Assembly: GCA_964518955.1 (NCBI GenBank)
Contig: CAZFHS010000005.1
Span: forward strand, 67,175-131,174
Source: an uncultured Gemmatimonadaceae bacterium
Lineage (GTDB): Bacteria; Gemmatimonadota; Gemmatimonadetes; Gemmatimonadales; GWC2-71-9
Reading direction: 5' to 3'
DNA: 64,000 nt
Shown: piece by piece, positions 39,152 through 48,290 of the stretch
Numbering within the stretch: the first letter of the stretch is position 1
Layout: the number at the start of each line of letters is the position of its first letter
Translations under genes and position numbers: made by a program
Notes under the pieces: generated by a model
Told to the model about the DNA's origin: nothing
What the model saw: the letters and a program-made list of their open reading frames with translations, nothing else
The model's database searches: none

Positions 39152-40576
39152 CTAGACCTTCTTGGCTTTCCACTTCCCACGCCGGAAGACCACCGCACTC
39201 ACCACAGCCAACGACGAGAATGAGATCGTCATGGCCGTGAAGACGCCCACAGGTCCGACATCGAATGCGTATGCGAGCACGTACGCACAGGGCAATTCGA
39301 ACATCCAGAAGCAGAAGAGGTTGATGACCGTGGGAGTCCAGGTGTCCCCAGCCCCATTGAATGACTGAGTCAGTACCATCCCGTATGCATAGAAGGGAAA
39401 CCCTAGGCTCACGATCCGTAGGCAAAGCACCGCGTATCGCGCAGGTTCCGGGTCAGTCGTGAACAACCGCACGATCTGTGGCGCGAAAACGACGAACAGA
39501 GCACCGACCACAGTCAGGAACACCATGTTGTAGACGCCTGCAATCCACACCGCACGTTCTGCCCGCTCAGGTTTCCCCGCACCCAGAGCCTGGCCGACCA
39601 TGGTCGCAGCAGCGTTGCTCATGCCCCAACTAGGGAGAATCGCGAAGATGATGATGCGAATTCCGATCGTGTGGCCCGCGAGTACGCCGCTGCCGAAACC
39701 GGCGAGGATCCTGGTGAGGCCGATCCAACTCGCCTCTCCAATGAACACCTGAAACGTTCCGGTGCCGGACAGCCGAATCAACTGCCACATCACCTTCAAA
39801 TTCAGTTCGACGTGCCTTCTGGCGACCTTCACGCGTCCGCCGGCCCGCAGGAGCACCGTCAGTTGAAGTACGACCGCAACTCCGCGGCCGATGTTCGTTG
39901 CTATTGCGGCGCCTTGAATACCAAGCTCGGGAAACGGCCCGAGGCCAAAAATGAGAGCCGGGTCGAGCACGATGTTGATACCGTTCGCCAGCCACAAAAC
40001 GCGCATCGCGATCGCGGCATCTCCAGCACCTCGGAATATCGCATTGATCAGAAAGAGCAACAGGACAGTTGCATTGCCTCCCAACATGATCCGTGTATAT
40101 GCCGATCCCGGACCGATCACATCGGCTTCAGCACCCATGAGGGACAAGAGGTGGGGCGCAAACACCACTCCGAAGACACCAAGCACGGTCGCGACCCCGA
40201 ATCCGAGCAGTATCCCCTGTACGGCCGTGCGCGCCGCCCCTTCTGGATCCTTCTCACCAATCCTTCGGGCGACGAGTGCAGTGACACCGATGCTCAGCCC
40301 GAGCGCAACGGTATAGATGAGGGTGAGCATCGACTCTGTGAGGCCCACTGTCGCAACTGCCGCAGGTCCCAAACGCGCCACGAAAAAAACGTCGACCACG
40401 GCAAACACCGACTCCATTGCGGTCTCGAGCACCATTGGAACGGCGAGGAGCAAGACCGCACGCCCGATCGGGCCGGAGGTGAAATCCTGCTCCGAACCGC
40501 GTACTGCCTCCTTGAGCGCAGGCCACAGCTGGAACGGCGCTTCGGTTTCGACGGTGTGTCTACCTGGATCGGACAT
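39152..40576 (-). CDS. MATE family efflux transporter
   Basis: 474 aa, 12 predicted helices, typical MATE N-terminus (GPIGRAVLLLAVPMVLETAMESVFAVVDVFFV). Confidence 0.85.
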   Translation of the reverse strand: MSDPGRHTVETEAPFQLWPALKEAVRGSEQDFTSGPIGRAVLLLAVPMVLETAMESVFAVVDVFFVARLGPAAVATVGLTESMLTLIYTVALGLSIGVTALVARRIGEKDPEGAARTAVQGILLGFGVATVLGVFGVVFAPHLLSLMGAEADVIGPGSAYTRIMLGGNATVLLLFLINAIFRGAGDAAIAMRVLWLANGINIVLDPALIFGLGPFPELGIQGAAIATNIGRGVAVVLQLTVLLRAGGRVKVARRHVELNLKVMWQLIRLSGTGTFQVFIGEASWIGLTRILAGFGSGVLAGHTIGIRIIIFAILPSWGMSNAAATMVGQALGAGKPERAERAVWIAGVYNMVFLTVVGALFVVFAPQIVRLFTTDPEPARYAVLCLRIVSLGFPFYAYGMVLTQSFNGAGDTWTPTVINLFCFWMFELPCAYVLAYAFDVGPVGVFTAMTISFSSLAVVSAVVFRRGKWKAKKV

Positions 40577-40593
40577 ACGGAGCAGTCAGGTAC

Positions 40594-41526
40594 TCACCGC
40601 AGCTCAACCTGATCGATGATGATGGTGCGCGGCGAAGGCAAATCGACGGAGAAGAAGCTCAAGCCTCGGATCTCCTCCATATTCATCGTCCTTGATCTGG
40701 GCCCGTTGGCGATATCCACAATGGACATGCCGATATCGTTCCAGCCGGTCACGAGTGTGAACGTGGTGTTGAATCTGTCGTCGTAACGCTGACCGCGTTC
40801 ATCATGCGACGCGTCGTGCACGCGGAGGACGATCTCCAGCGGCTCCGAGTCGGGGTTGAAGATACTCGCCGCCAGCGCCGAGCTGCCGGTCCAGTCTCCT
40901 TCGAAATACTGAAGACTCGCAGTCGAATACCTCGCGGTCGATAGTGGCACGCGCATCGCGCCAGTGCCTTCCCTGACTATCTCCCGCTCCAACGAGAGTT
41001 CAACATCGCTCTCCCAGCGCGAAAGTTGGAACGGCGTCTCGAAGTCAGCGAGTATGGGAAACGCTCGAGACGCCGAGTATTCGTCGCTGATCGCCGATGC
41101 CAGAGGTGTAAATGCCCAGATCAGTAGTGCGAACACGGTTCCGCGCAGCAACCGCAACTTCCAGGGTGCACTCGATTCTCGGTCAACTGCACGGTACCCG
41201 AGCGCAATTAGGGCCCCAACATTGTTTAGAAATAGATCGGACAGCGACGGACTGCGTCCAATAAGAGATTGAATTCCTTCGATCGCACATCCAGCCAGAT
41301 TTACGGTCACCAACACCAGAAGCCAGGTACGCAAGAACGAACTCCTAGTGCCCTTTCCGCGCCATGTCAGCCAGGCAAGGGTGGCCGCGAGAAAAAACGC
41401 TAGATGCCCTAGGTCCCAAGCGCGCTGTATAGAGCGCGTTCCCGAATATTCGGGGACACCTACGAAGAAGAGGATGCTGCCGACGAGCAACAAACAGATG
41501 GCTAGAAGTTTGGCATACTTATGCAT
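40594..41526 (-). CDS. VanZ-like membrane protein with C-terminal extracytoplasmic domain
   Basis: Four N-terminal helices. IEGIQSLIGRSPSLSDLFLNNVGALIALG resembles the VanZ signature (E..Q....R..S..D...N..G). Confidence 0.5.
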   Translation of the reverse strand: MHKYAKLLAICLLLVGSILFFVGVPEYSGTRSIQRAWDLGHLAFFLAATLAWLTWRGKGTRSSFLRTWLLVLVTVNLAGCAIEGIQSLIGRSPSLSDLFLNNVGALIALGYRAVDRESSAPWKLRLLRGTVFALLIWAFTPLASAISDEYSASRAFPILADFETPFQLSRWESDVELSLEREIVREGTGAMRVPLSTARYSTASLQYFEGDWTGSSALAASIFNPDSEPLEIVLRVHDASHDERGQRYDDRFNTTFTLVTGWNDIGMSIVDIANGPRSRTMNMEEIRGLSFFSVDLPSPRTIIIDQVELR

Positions 41527-41711
41527 TCAATGCCTGCGCATTGCGAGCACGAAGCGCGCGCCTTTCGGTGCGCGCTTCTCCAATTACCGCTTTCCGGCTG
41601 TGGATTCTACCATGGGCCAGCGGGATTTTGAACCAGCGGAGCCCTGTACTGAGTCTTGATACGGAACTACACACTCGCGCATCGCTGACACGCAGTGCAT
41701 CTTTGCCGGTG

Positions 41712-43982
41712 ATGTCGCACGAACTTGACCTACTGAAATCGGCGCTCGCCGACAGGTACGATGTCGAGCACGAGCTCGGCAAGGGCGGCATGGCGGTGGT
41801 TTATCTCGCACGCGACAAAAAACACGGCCGCCAGGTCGCTCTGAAAGTACTGCGGCCGGAGATCGCGTCTGTTGTGGGCACAGAACGTTTCATGCAAGAG
41901 ATCAAGATCGCGGCGAATCTGAACCACCCTCAAATTCTGCCGCTCTTGGATTCAGGGCGGACAGGCGGACGGGCGGACAGGCGGACGGATGAGCCGAGCG
42001 AATACCTCTACTACGTCATGCCTTACGTCGAGGGAGTGTCGCTCAGGGACAAGCTCGAGCGTGAGAAGCAGCTTCCGATTGACGAGTCGCTTGAGATCAC
42101 GAAGGCAGTAGCGAGCGCTCTCGATTACGCTCACCGGCGGAACATCATTCATCGAGACATCAAGCCAGAGAACATCCTGATTCACGATGGGCAGCCAGTT
42201 GTCGCCGATTTCGGCATTGCGTTGGCGATGACTGAGGCCGGCGGCACTCGCATCACTGCAACCGGCATGTCGGTGGGGACGCCCGAATATATGAGTCCCG
42301 AACAGGCCACTGCCGAAAGAGATCTCGACTCGCGAAGCGACATCTACGCTCTCGGTTGCGTGTTGTTCGAGATGCTCGCCGGGGAACCTCCCTATACAGG
42401 CAATTCAGCCCAGTCAGTGCTCGCGAAGATGCTGACCGACCCCGTGCCCTCTGTCCGCAGATTGCGTAGCGCCGTATCGCCCGGTCTCGACCAGGCACTC
42501 GCGCGGGCGTTGGCGAAGTTCCCTGTTGACCGGTTCGAGACGGCACAGGAGTTCGCCGAAGCCCTGGCGAAACCTGGTACAACCACACGCAAATCGATCG
42601 CCGTGCTGCCCTTGCTCAGTATGAGCACCGACCCCGAAAACGAGTTCTTCGCAGACGGAATCACAGAAGATGTGACCGCTCAGCTCTCCAAGATCGGGGC
42701 CCTAAAGGTGATTTCGCGCACTTCGACGATGAAGTATAAGAATCACGAAGAGAGCCTCCGGGAGATTGGGGCGACGTTGGGCGTTGGGACGGTTCTCGAA
42801 GGAAGCGTACGCCGCGCAGGCAACCGTGTGCGGATAGTGGTGCAGCTCATCGACGCGGAGAGTGATGAACACCTCTGGGCCGAGACGTATGACCGGGAGT
42901 TGACGGATGTCTTCGCCATCCAGAGTGATGTCGCCCTTCAGATCGCGGGGGCGCTAGAGGCAGAACTGACCGCGGACCAAAAGGCCAGAATAGAGAAGGA
43001 GCCGACCAAGGATCTCTCCGCATATCAGCTATACGTCAAAGGATGTCAGCACGTCGGGCGTTTCACCAGGGCCGAGTTGTTGCAAGGGATCGAATGCCTC
43101 CAGCAGGCGGTAGGCAGGGATCCGGCATTCGCCCATGCCTACGCACACATGGCAGTGGGGTACGTTGCGCTCGGCATGGGATACGGGGCCGGTGTGATGG
43201 AACCAGACGAGGCGTATTCAAAGGCGAAAGAAGCCGCCGCGAGGGCCATAGAGATCGACCCCGATCTGAGTGAGGCTCACATGGCGCTGGCGTTCCCAAT
43301 GTTCGTACATGATTTCGAATGGGAAACAGCCGAAACGGAGTTTCGTCGAGCGCTGGAGTTGAGTCCCAATGCAGCAAACACGCTCGACATCTATGGATTG
43401 TTCCTGGCGGCGCAGATGCGGTACGAAGAGGCAATCGACGCCCAACGCCGAGCCAAGGAGCTTGACCCTCTGGTCGCGTGGCACTCATCGGACCTTGCAT
43501 CGAGCATGCTTCGGGCAGGTCGGTACGACGAGGCGATGCTGGAGGCGAAGAGGTCTACCCAGATGGAACCCGGCTCTCCGCTAGGCCGTGCGCCCCTGGG
43601 CTGGGCTTACATCATGAAACAGATGTACGACGAGGGCCTGGCCGAGTTGGAGGGGATTGTTGCGGATCTACCCGATCATACTGCCTGGCTGGGCCAACTT
43701 GGGCAGGCATACGCCATCTCCGGGAGGACTGAAGACGCTAGGGCGATGCTGCGCAAATTGGAGGAGCTATCGCGCCAGCGGCAGGTGGCCCCGTATCACA
43801 TGGCGTACGTGTACACGGGACTCGGCGAGCACGAGAAGGCATTGGACGCATTGGAGCAAGCGCTCGAAGAACGCTCAGGAGCAATCTACGGGGTCAAGGG
43901 ATCGTTCCTTTTCGCCCCGCTTCGATCACATCCGAGATTCAAGGCACTGTTGAGAAAGATCAACCTCGAGGAAGACACATGA
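41712..43982 (+). CDS. Ser/Thr protein kinase with TolB-N-like and TPR C-terminal region
   Basis: GKGGMAVVYLA, ALKVL, HRDIKPENIL, DFGIA and GTPEYMSPEQ. Then KSIAVLPLLSMSTDPENEFFADGITEDV and TPR-like repeats. Start at MSHELD. Confidence 0.85.
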   Translation: MSHELDLLKSALADRYDVEHELGKGGMAVVYLARDKKHGRQVALKVLRPEIASVVGTERFMQEIKIAANLNHPQILPLLDSGRTGGRADRRTDEPSEYLYYVMPYVEGVSLRDKLEREKQLPIDESLEITKAVASALDYAHRRNIIHRDIKPENILIHDGQPVVADFGIALAMTEAGGTRITATGMSVGTPEYMSPEQATAERDLDSRSDIYALGCVLFEMLAGEPPYTGNSAQSVLAKMLTDPVPSVRRLRSAVSPGLDQALARALAKFPVDRFETAQEFAEALAKPGTTTRKSIAVLPLLSMSTDPENEFFADGITEDVTAQLSKIGALKVISRTSTMKYKNHEESLREIGATLGVGTVLEGSVRRAGNRVRIVVQLIDAESDEHLWAETYDRELTDVFAIQSDVALQIAGALEAELTADQKARIEKEPTKDLSAYQLYVKGCQHVGRFTRAELLQGIECLQQAVGRDPAFAHAYAHMAVGYVALGMGYGAGVMEPDEAYSKAKEAAARAIEIDPDLSEAHMALAFPMFVHDFEWETAETEFRRALELSPNAANTLDIYGLFLAAQMRYEEAIDAQRRAKELDPLVAWHSSDLASSMLRAGRYDEAMLEAKRSTQMEPGSPLGRAPLGWAYIMKQMYDEGLAELEGIVADLPDHTAWLGQLGQAYAISGRTEDARAMLRKLEELSRQRQVAPYHMAYVYTGLGEHEKALDALEQALEERSGAIYGVKGSFLFAPLRSHPRFKALLRKINLEEDT
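41957..41988 (+). repeat. octanucleotide GGCGGACR x4 inside the kinase catalytic domain
   Basis: ggcggaca ggcggacg ggcggaca ggcggacg encodes part of GRTGGRADRRTDE. The island paralogue has only GDADGL at the same place. Confidence 0.85.
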
Positions 43983-44374
43983 GCAAAGAGGCGATAGACC
44001 ACGCACGCATGGAGATCACGGAAGGTTGGCTCACCGGCAATGCTGACCTAATCCTGAAGCACACGGCCGACGACATCATGCTGCTGGGTGCGCACGAGCA
44101 ACCCGTTCACGGGTTGGCAGCTGCCCGCGAGTACCTTGCTGCCACATTCGCAGTGGTGCAATTCACGAAACTCCCTACGCACGAAGATCGTGAGGTCATC
44201 ATCTCGGGAAACCTGGCGGTGGAGCGAAGCTCCTTCGATTGGGAATGGAAGATGCTCGAGAGCGGCGATCTCGTCACCGACAAAGGGACGTTCATCGGTG
44301 TCTGGCGGAAGCAGGCCGACGGATCGTGGCAAGAATCGCATATCATGTGGCATAGCTGGGCACCGCTGGGGTGA
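43979..44374 (+). CDS. SnoaL/DUF4440-like (NTF2-fold) protein
   Basis: 131 aa. ATGA overlap with the kinase stop. The pattern W..G..D.I...T.D...L...and KGTFIGVWRKQADGSWQ is typical of DUF4440/NTF2-like proteins. Confidence 0.55.
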   Translation: MSKEAIDHARMEITEGWLTGNADLILKHTADDIMLLGAHEQPVHGLAAAREYLAATFAVVQFTKLPTHEDREVIISGNLAVERSSFDWEWKMLESGDLVTDKGTFIGVWRKQADGSWQESHIMWHSWAPLG

Positions 44375-44483
44375 TCGTATCAGCCCCATCCTAGAGGGGC
44401 AATGTGGATCGATCCACAAGTCGAGCAGCTTGGGATCGACGTTTCTCACACAGATACTGGCGCAGCCATCACACAAACAAAAA

Positions 44484-44509
44484 CCTCAGCGACTCGGGAA
44501 TCGCTGAGG
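44484..44509 (-). terminator. rho-independent terminator downstream of the outermost tRNA-Ile 3' fragment (also usable on plus strand)
   Basis: CCTCAGCGA / CTCGGGAA / TCGCTGAGG. On the minus strand it is followed by TTTTTGTTTG. Confidence 0.65.
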
Positions 44510-44526
44510 TTCTTGAACTTACGCAA

Positions 44527-44572
44527 TGGGCCAGGGGGGAATTGAACCTCCGACCTCACGCTTATCAGGCGT
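44527..44572 (-). repeat. direct repeat copy 1: 3'-terminal 46 nt of tRNA-Ile (att core, outer boundary)
   Basis: tgggccaggggggaattgaacctccgacctcacgcttatcaggcgt is identical (46/46) to 54657-54702. It lacks the tRNA 5' half. Confidence 0.9.
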
Positions 44573-44697
44573 TTCGGTTCCATCGTCCGATTCCGGTAAC
44601 TTCTCTAATTCCAAGGCGATACCCCGCCACTAGCCCGCAATCCGAATACGCCAATTCTAGACAGCAACAGCTTCAAGTGGCACCGCGAGCGACACCG
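44573..44697 (-). repeat. conserved ~125-nt arm (P arm) copy 1 adjoining the att core
   Basis: About 87% identical by hand alignment to 51777-51901. A 26-nt block (cgataccccgccactagcccgcaatc) is identical in both. Confidence 0.8.
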
Positions 44698-44919
44698 CGG
44701 GCGGGGCGCGCATGCTCGGCAAGTTCGAGGGCACCACACCGCACACCATGAGGTCAAGCAAATCGGATAACGGGCCGGTTGAATGCGACGTACGGCTTCG
44801 ACCTTCTATGCGCCAAATCACCATAAAAACCAACACGCTACAAGCCTTGGACGCGAGGATCCTGCTCGGTCTATGCATAGTGACCGCATCCACTGCCTTG
44901 TCGGCTGGGGCCCTCCTGT

Positions 44920-44950
44920 GTCACAGGAGGGCGTTTCTTTCGTACCCTGA
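44920..44950 (+). terminator. plus-strand rho-independent terminator with no obvious upstream gene
   Basis: GCCCTCCTGT-GTC-ACAGGAGGGC (10-bp stem) followed by GTTTCTTT. It sits 27 nt beyond the stop of the minus-strand micro-ORF, but on that strand it lacks a U-tract. Confidence 0.5.
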
Positions 44951-44968
44951 TTCGTATCTGGCGGGGTG

Positions 44969-45151
44969 TTACGGCCAATCAGGCTCACGTGGTGGGGGAC
45001 CATCACCTGGCTCACATCGACAGTGTTCCCTCACCCAATCCTTGTACGCGGCAGCCCAGTTCTTCCAGCGATACAGTTGAATGATGCATTGAATCAGCAG
45101 GAACAGGAATAGAAACGCGAGCAACGGGCACCATGACAGTATCAACTCCAT
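44969..45151 (-). CDS. 60-aa small membrane protein
   Basis: GGAGG 8 nt upstream of the ATG. MELILSWCPLLAFLFLFLLIQCIIQLY is a clear TM helix. GC looks locally lower. Confidence 0.5.
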   Translation of the reverse strand: MELILSWCPLLAFLFLFLLIQCIIQLYRWKNWAAAYKDWVREHCRCEPGDGPPPREPDWP

Positions 45152-45222
45152 GATTTCAACCTCCGTGTTGATTGTTGGATTCGTCCCTCATTAGTCCTTC
45201 ACTCACTGCCTATAATCGTCAC

Positions 45223-48096
45223 CTAATGACCAAGCATCGCCGCAACACTATCAGCCCATCCCAAATCCCTCAGTCGCTGACTGAGATCGGCGACAGACGA
45301 CGGATCACCTCGAGCATATGCGGCACGAAGCCTCACCATCAGACTTCTTGGAAGAAACGGAAGGAAGACGACAGCTCCCTGGTGATCGAACGACGATGCG
45401 ACGCGTTCAGCTTCCGAGTAGCGCTGCATCTCGAGCAGCAGTTCAGCTAAGAGGATTCGTTCCGGCGCAAGCGGCCCGGTGATGTCCCACATCAGGATAT
45501 CCGGTGGTGCGTTGCTGGACAGATGCTGCAACCTCGACACCGCGGTGTCGTCATCTCCCCGGTCGGCAGCCAGGTGTGCCTCCAAATAGGCTGCTACCCG
45601 GGCGAGAGCGTCGTCACCCTCATCAGACAACTCCCGGATGATACCCTCTACCGTGGAGAACCGGCCAATCTGACTGTTCCAGGAGCTAAGCAGCCACTTT
45701 GTCGGGAGTTGTGCCGTGGTGTAGAACTCGCCCGTCAGTCTCCTCGCGATCTCTTCTGCCTCTCGAGCCTTGTGTTCGAACGGTGCTCCAGCCAAGGCAT
45801 TGATCACGTACAACGAAAAGACGCCTCTCGAACCGGCCGCCTGGGCCGAGTCGAGCAGCGCGAGTGCGTCGTCGTACCGCCCTTTGGCGAGGAGCACACC
45901 CTGCAGACCCATGAGGGCACCCCACCTCGTACCTGGATCGGCAGTGGGCACCGCCAGCAATGTCTCGAAGCCATCGACTGCGCAGGTCGTGTGCAAGCCA
46001 CCCACTGCCAGCGCCCGTGCCACGTTCAGCGCACCCAACGCGTCCTCTTCGATCAGAGTCATCCATTCGATACCGGACCCCTGTGAGCGAATGCACTCAA
46101 TCATTGCTTCGAGATGATGCAGCCAGCGAATGTCCGGTTCGGCTACTGCTATCTGTTCGACCATTCGCTCGGCCTTTACCAAGTCACCGTTCCTAACGGC
46201 AATCTCACCGAGGTGGTACAGAGCCGGCACGAAGATGGAATCATGCGCTACTGCAGTTTCGAAGGCGGCTTCCGCGAGCGAATCCAGTGGCGCCTCCGAT
46301 GGGAGGAGGTGATAGTACGCATCGCCCAACGCCATCGCCGCCTCGCTCCAATCGTGATCCAGCGCCAGTACAGATTTGAGTACCGCAACGGCCGAGTCGG
46401 CGTCGCCATCCAGGTACGCATTCCACCCGTGCACGAACTCCCGGTACTTTGCCGGCAAGAGGTGGTCTCCATCCAAAGCAACCCCGGTGAGTTCTCTGGC
46501 GTCGTCGAATCTGTTGAGCCAGCTTGCGGCCTGCGCACCCTTCACCGCAGCGAATGCAAGCAGCGAATCCTCCTCGACTGCACGACGGTAGAAGTCATAC
46601 GCTTCCGCAAACCTGGAGTGCCGGTAGTGTCTGTCACCTTGAATCGAAAGCAGAATGGCGCCGGGATCCCTGTCGGTGTATGGCGACAGGTCGACCTCTC
46701 TCCGCGGTTCAACAAGTCTCGGCAGTAGTAGCGAGACTGCTTCTATGCCAAGCACTTGCTCAGCCACTGTACCTGTCTCGCCTGACGCAGTCTCCTGGGC
46801 AATCAGGGAGTCACCTGATACATCTTGGAGTTGAAGTGATATCGCAAGCGAATCGCGTCCAGGGCGAATCACTCCGGTCGTATAGTAACGTGCCCCGCGC
46901 TCCCGGCTGATTCGCTCCTCAACGATCGGGGTGATGAGACGTGGATCTGCTCGCATTTCCTCAGAAAGCCATCTCCAACCGTCCAGGAATTTCAGCGGAT
47001 GCGCGTGCTCGAGCGCCCCTCCGATTGCAAGGGCAACGCTCCATCCAATGCCTGCCTCGTTGAGTTCGCGATCCGTCGACACAAGTGGGAACACGACCAC
47101 CTTGTGCGCATCCAACTCGTTTCTTCCACCTCCGAACCAGCCCTCAGGGCCCCATGGTCGGCCAAACAAGAGCGCCGCGACCACGATGATTCCTGATACA
47201 GTCGCTACCAATTGCCACCGGGGAGTTGGTTCCTGCGCTTTCTCCAACGCCTCCACGAACCTTGCAGCAGTAGGGTGACGATCCGCGGGCACCTTTGCCA
47301 ACGCACATTCAATCACCCTGACTGCCTTCACCGGAATGCCGGGCCGAAGCACGGAGATCGTGGGCACCTTTTCGCCGAGGTGTTTCGCGACTATCGCCTG
47401 AAGCGTGCGGCCGGTGAACGGCGGCTCTCCTGCAAGCATTTCGTAGAGCACACAACCGAGGGAATAGATGTCTGTGCGAGCATCGATTGTATCACTCCCA
47501 CTTGCCTGTTCGGGGCTCATGTACTCGGGAGTCCCAATTGCCATGTTGGCGTCGGTGGTGGACTCATATTCGCCCGCTTCAGTTCGAGCCCGAGCAATGC
47601 CAAAGTCGGCAACGCGGGCGATCCCTCCCGTAAGAAGTATGTTTTCAGGTTTGATATCGCGGTGAATCACACCATGCTCATGCGCGTTGGCCAGCGCATG
47701 GCCGACTTCCTTCGCGATCTTCAGAGCATCATCAAATGACAACTGGCCTTCGCGTGTGAGCCGGTCGCGGAGCGACTCACCATCCACAAACGGCATCGCG
47801 TAATACAGCAACCCGTCTGCATCTCCAGAATCGAACAGCGGCAGGATGTGCGGGTGTTCGAGATTCGCTGCAATCTTGATCTCACGAAGGAATCGATTGG
47901 CGCCGATCGATTTGGTGAGCTCCGGGCGAAGTACTTTCAACGCGACGTTGCGTTGATTCCTGAGATCCCGGGCAAGATAGACGAGCGACATCCCACCACG
48001 GCCGATCTCCTTCTCGACCGTGTACCGTCCGGCGAGCGCTTCTCTTAGGCGCTGGAGTACCACATCCATAGCAATAGCCCGGTTGGGATGGGGCAC
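45223..48096 (-). CDS. transmembrane Ser/Thr protein kinase with large extracytoplasmic TPR-like domain (island cargo)
   Basis: GRGGMSLVYLA, ALKVL, HRDIKPENIL, DFGIA and GTPEYMSPEQ. TM helix WQLVATVSGIIVVAALLFG. Followed by ~620 aa of helical-repeat sequence. Confidence 0.85.
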   Translation of the reverse strand: MPHPNRAIAMDVVLQRLREALAGRYTVEKEIGRGGMSLVYLARDLRNQRNVALKVLRPELTKSIGANRFLREIKIAANLEHPHILPLFDSGDADGLLYYAMPFVDGESLRDRLTREGQLSFDDALKIAKEVGHALANAHEHGVIHRDIKPENILLTGGIARVADFGIARARTEAGEYESTTDANMAIGTPEYMSPEQASGSDTIDARTDIYSLGCVLYEMLAGEPPFTGRTLQAIVAKHLGEKVPTISVLRPGIPVKAVRVIECALAKVPADRHPTAARFVEALEKAQEPTPRWQLVATVSGIIVVAALLFGRPWGPEGWFGGGRNELDAHKVVVFPLVSTDRELNEAGIGWSVALAIGGALEHAHPLKFLDGWRWLSEEMRADPRLITPIVEERISRERGARYYTTGVIRPGRDSLAISLQLQDVSGDSLIAQETASGETGTVAEQVLGIEAVSLLLPRLVEPRREVDLSPYTDRDPGAILLSIQGDRHYRHSRFAEAYDFYRRAVEEDSLLAFAAVKGAQAASWLNRFDDARELTGVALDGDHLLPAKYREFVHGWNAYLDGDADSAVAVLKSVLALDHDWSEAAMALGDAYYHLLPSEAPLDSLAEAAFETAVAHDSIFVPALYHLGEIAVRNGDLVKAERMVEQIAVAEPDIRWLHHLEAMIECIRSQGSGIEWMTLIEEDALGALNVARALAVGGLHTTCAVDGFETLLAVPTADPGTRWGALMGLQGVLLAKGRYDDALALLDSAQAAGSRGVFSLYVINALAGAPFEHKAREAEEIARRLTGEFYTTAQLPTKWLLSSWNSQIGRFSTVEGIIRELSDEGDDALARVAAYLEAHLAADRGDDDTAVSRLQHLSSNAPPDILMWDITGPLAPERILLAELLLEMQRYSEAERVASSFDHQGAVVFLPFLPRSLMVRLRAAYARGDPSSVADLSQRLRDLGWADSVAAMLGH

Positions 48097-48290
48097 TAAT
48101 GTGCAGACCCTTTCACCACTCCGCCAGGGGTCGTAGGGTACAGAGTACTTCCGCCGCCCTCTCCATTTTCCTATTATTGCAAGTCCGTCGCTCTCATCTC
48201 GTAGTCATCACCTTGGCTCGGCCAGCCTCAGACAGGTATGAGACTATGATCGACTCTCCCTGCGATGACCACCCTTCCTCAGGAGTCAAC

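Noticed and set aside
39671-40612. 313-aa plus-strand ORF
   Set aside because: It lies entirely antisense to the MATE transporter gene, is hydrophilic and Arg/His-rich, and has no motifs. It is a shadow ORF.
44403-44418. 16-bp perfect palindrome TGTGGATCGATCCACA downstream of the SnoaL-like gene
   Set aside because: About one perfect 16-bp palindrome is expected by chance in 64 kb. There is no partner site, no U-tract and no adjacent regulator. It is kept only as a note.
44527-44572. Possible additional tRNA genes or tRNA pseudogenes at 44527-44572 and 51731-51776
   Set aside because: Both contain only the anticodon arm, variable loop, T arm and acceptor 3' strand of tRNA-Ile, and lack the genuine 5' half. 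They are better explained as att-site direct repeats. The weak tRNA-like 5' mimic in the arm is reported separately as speculative.
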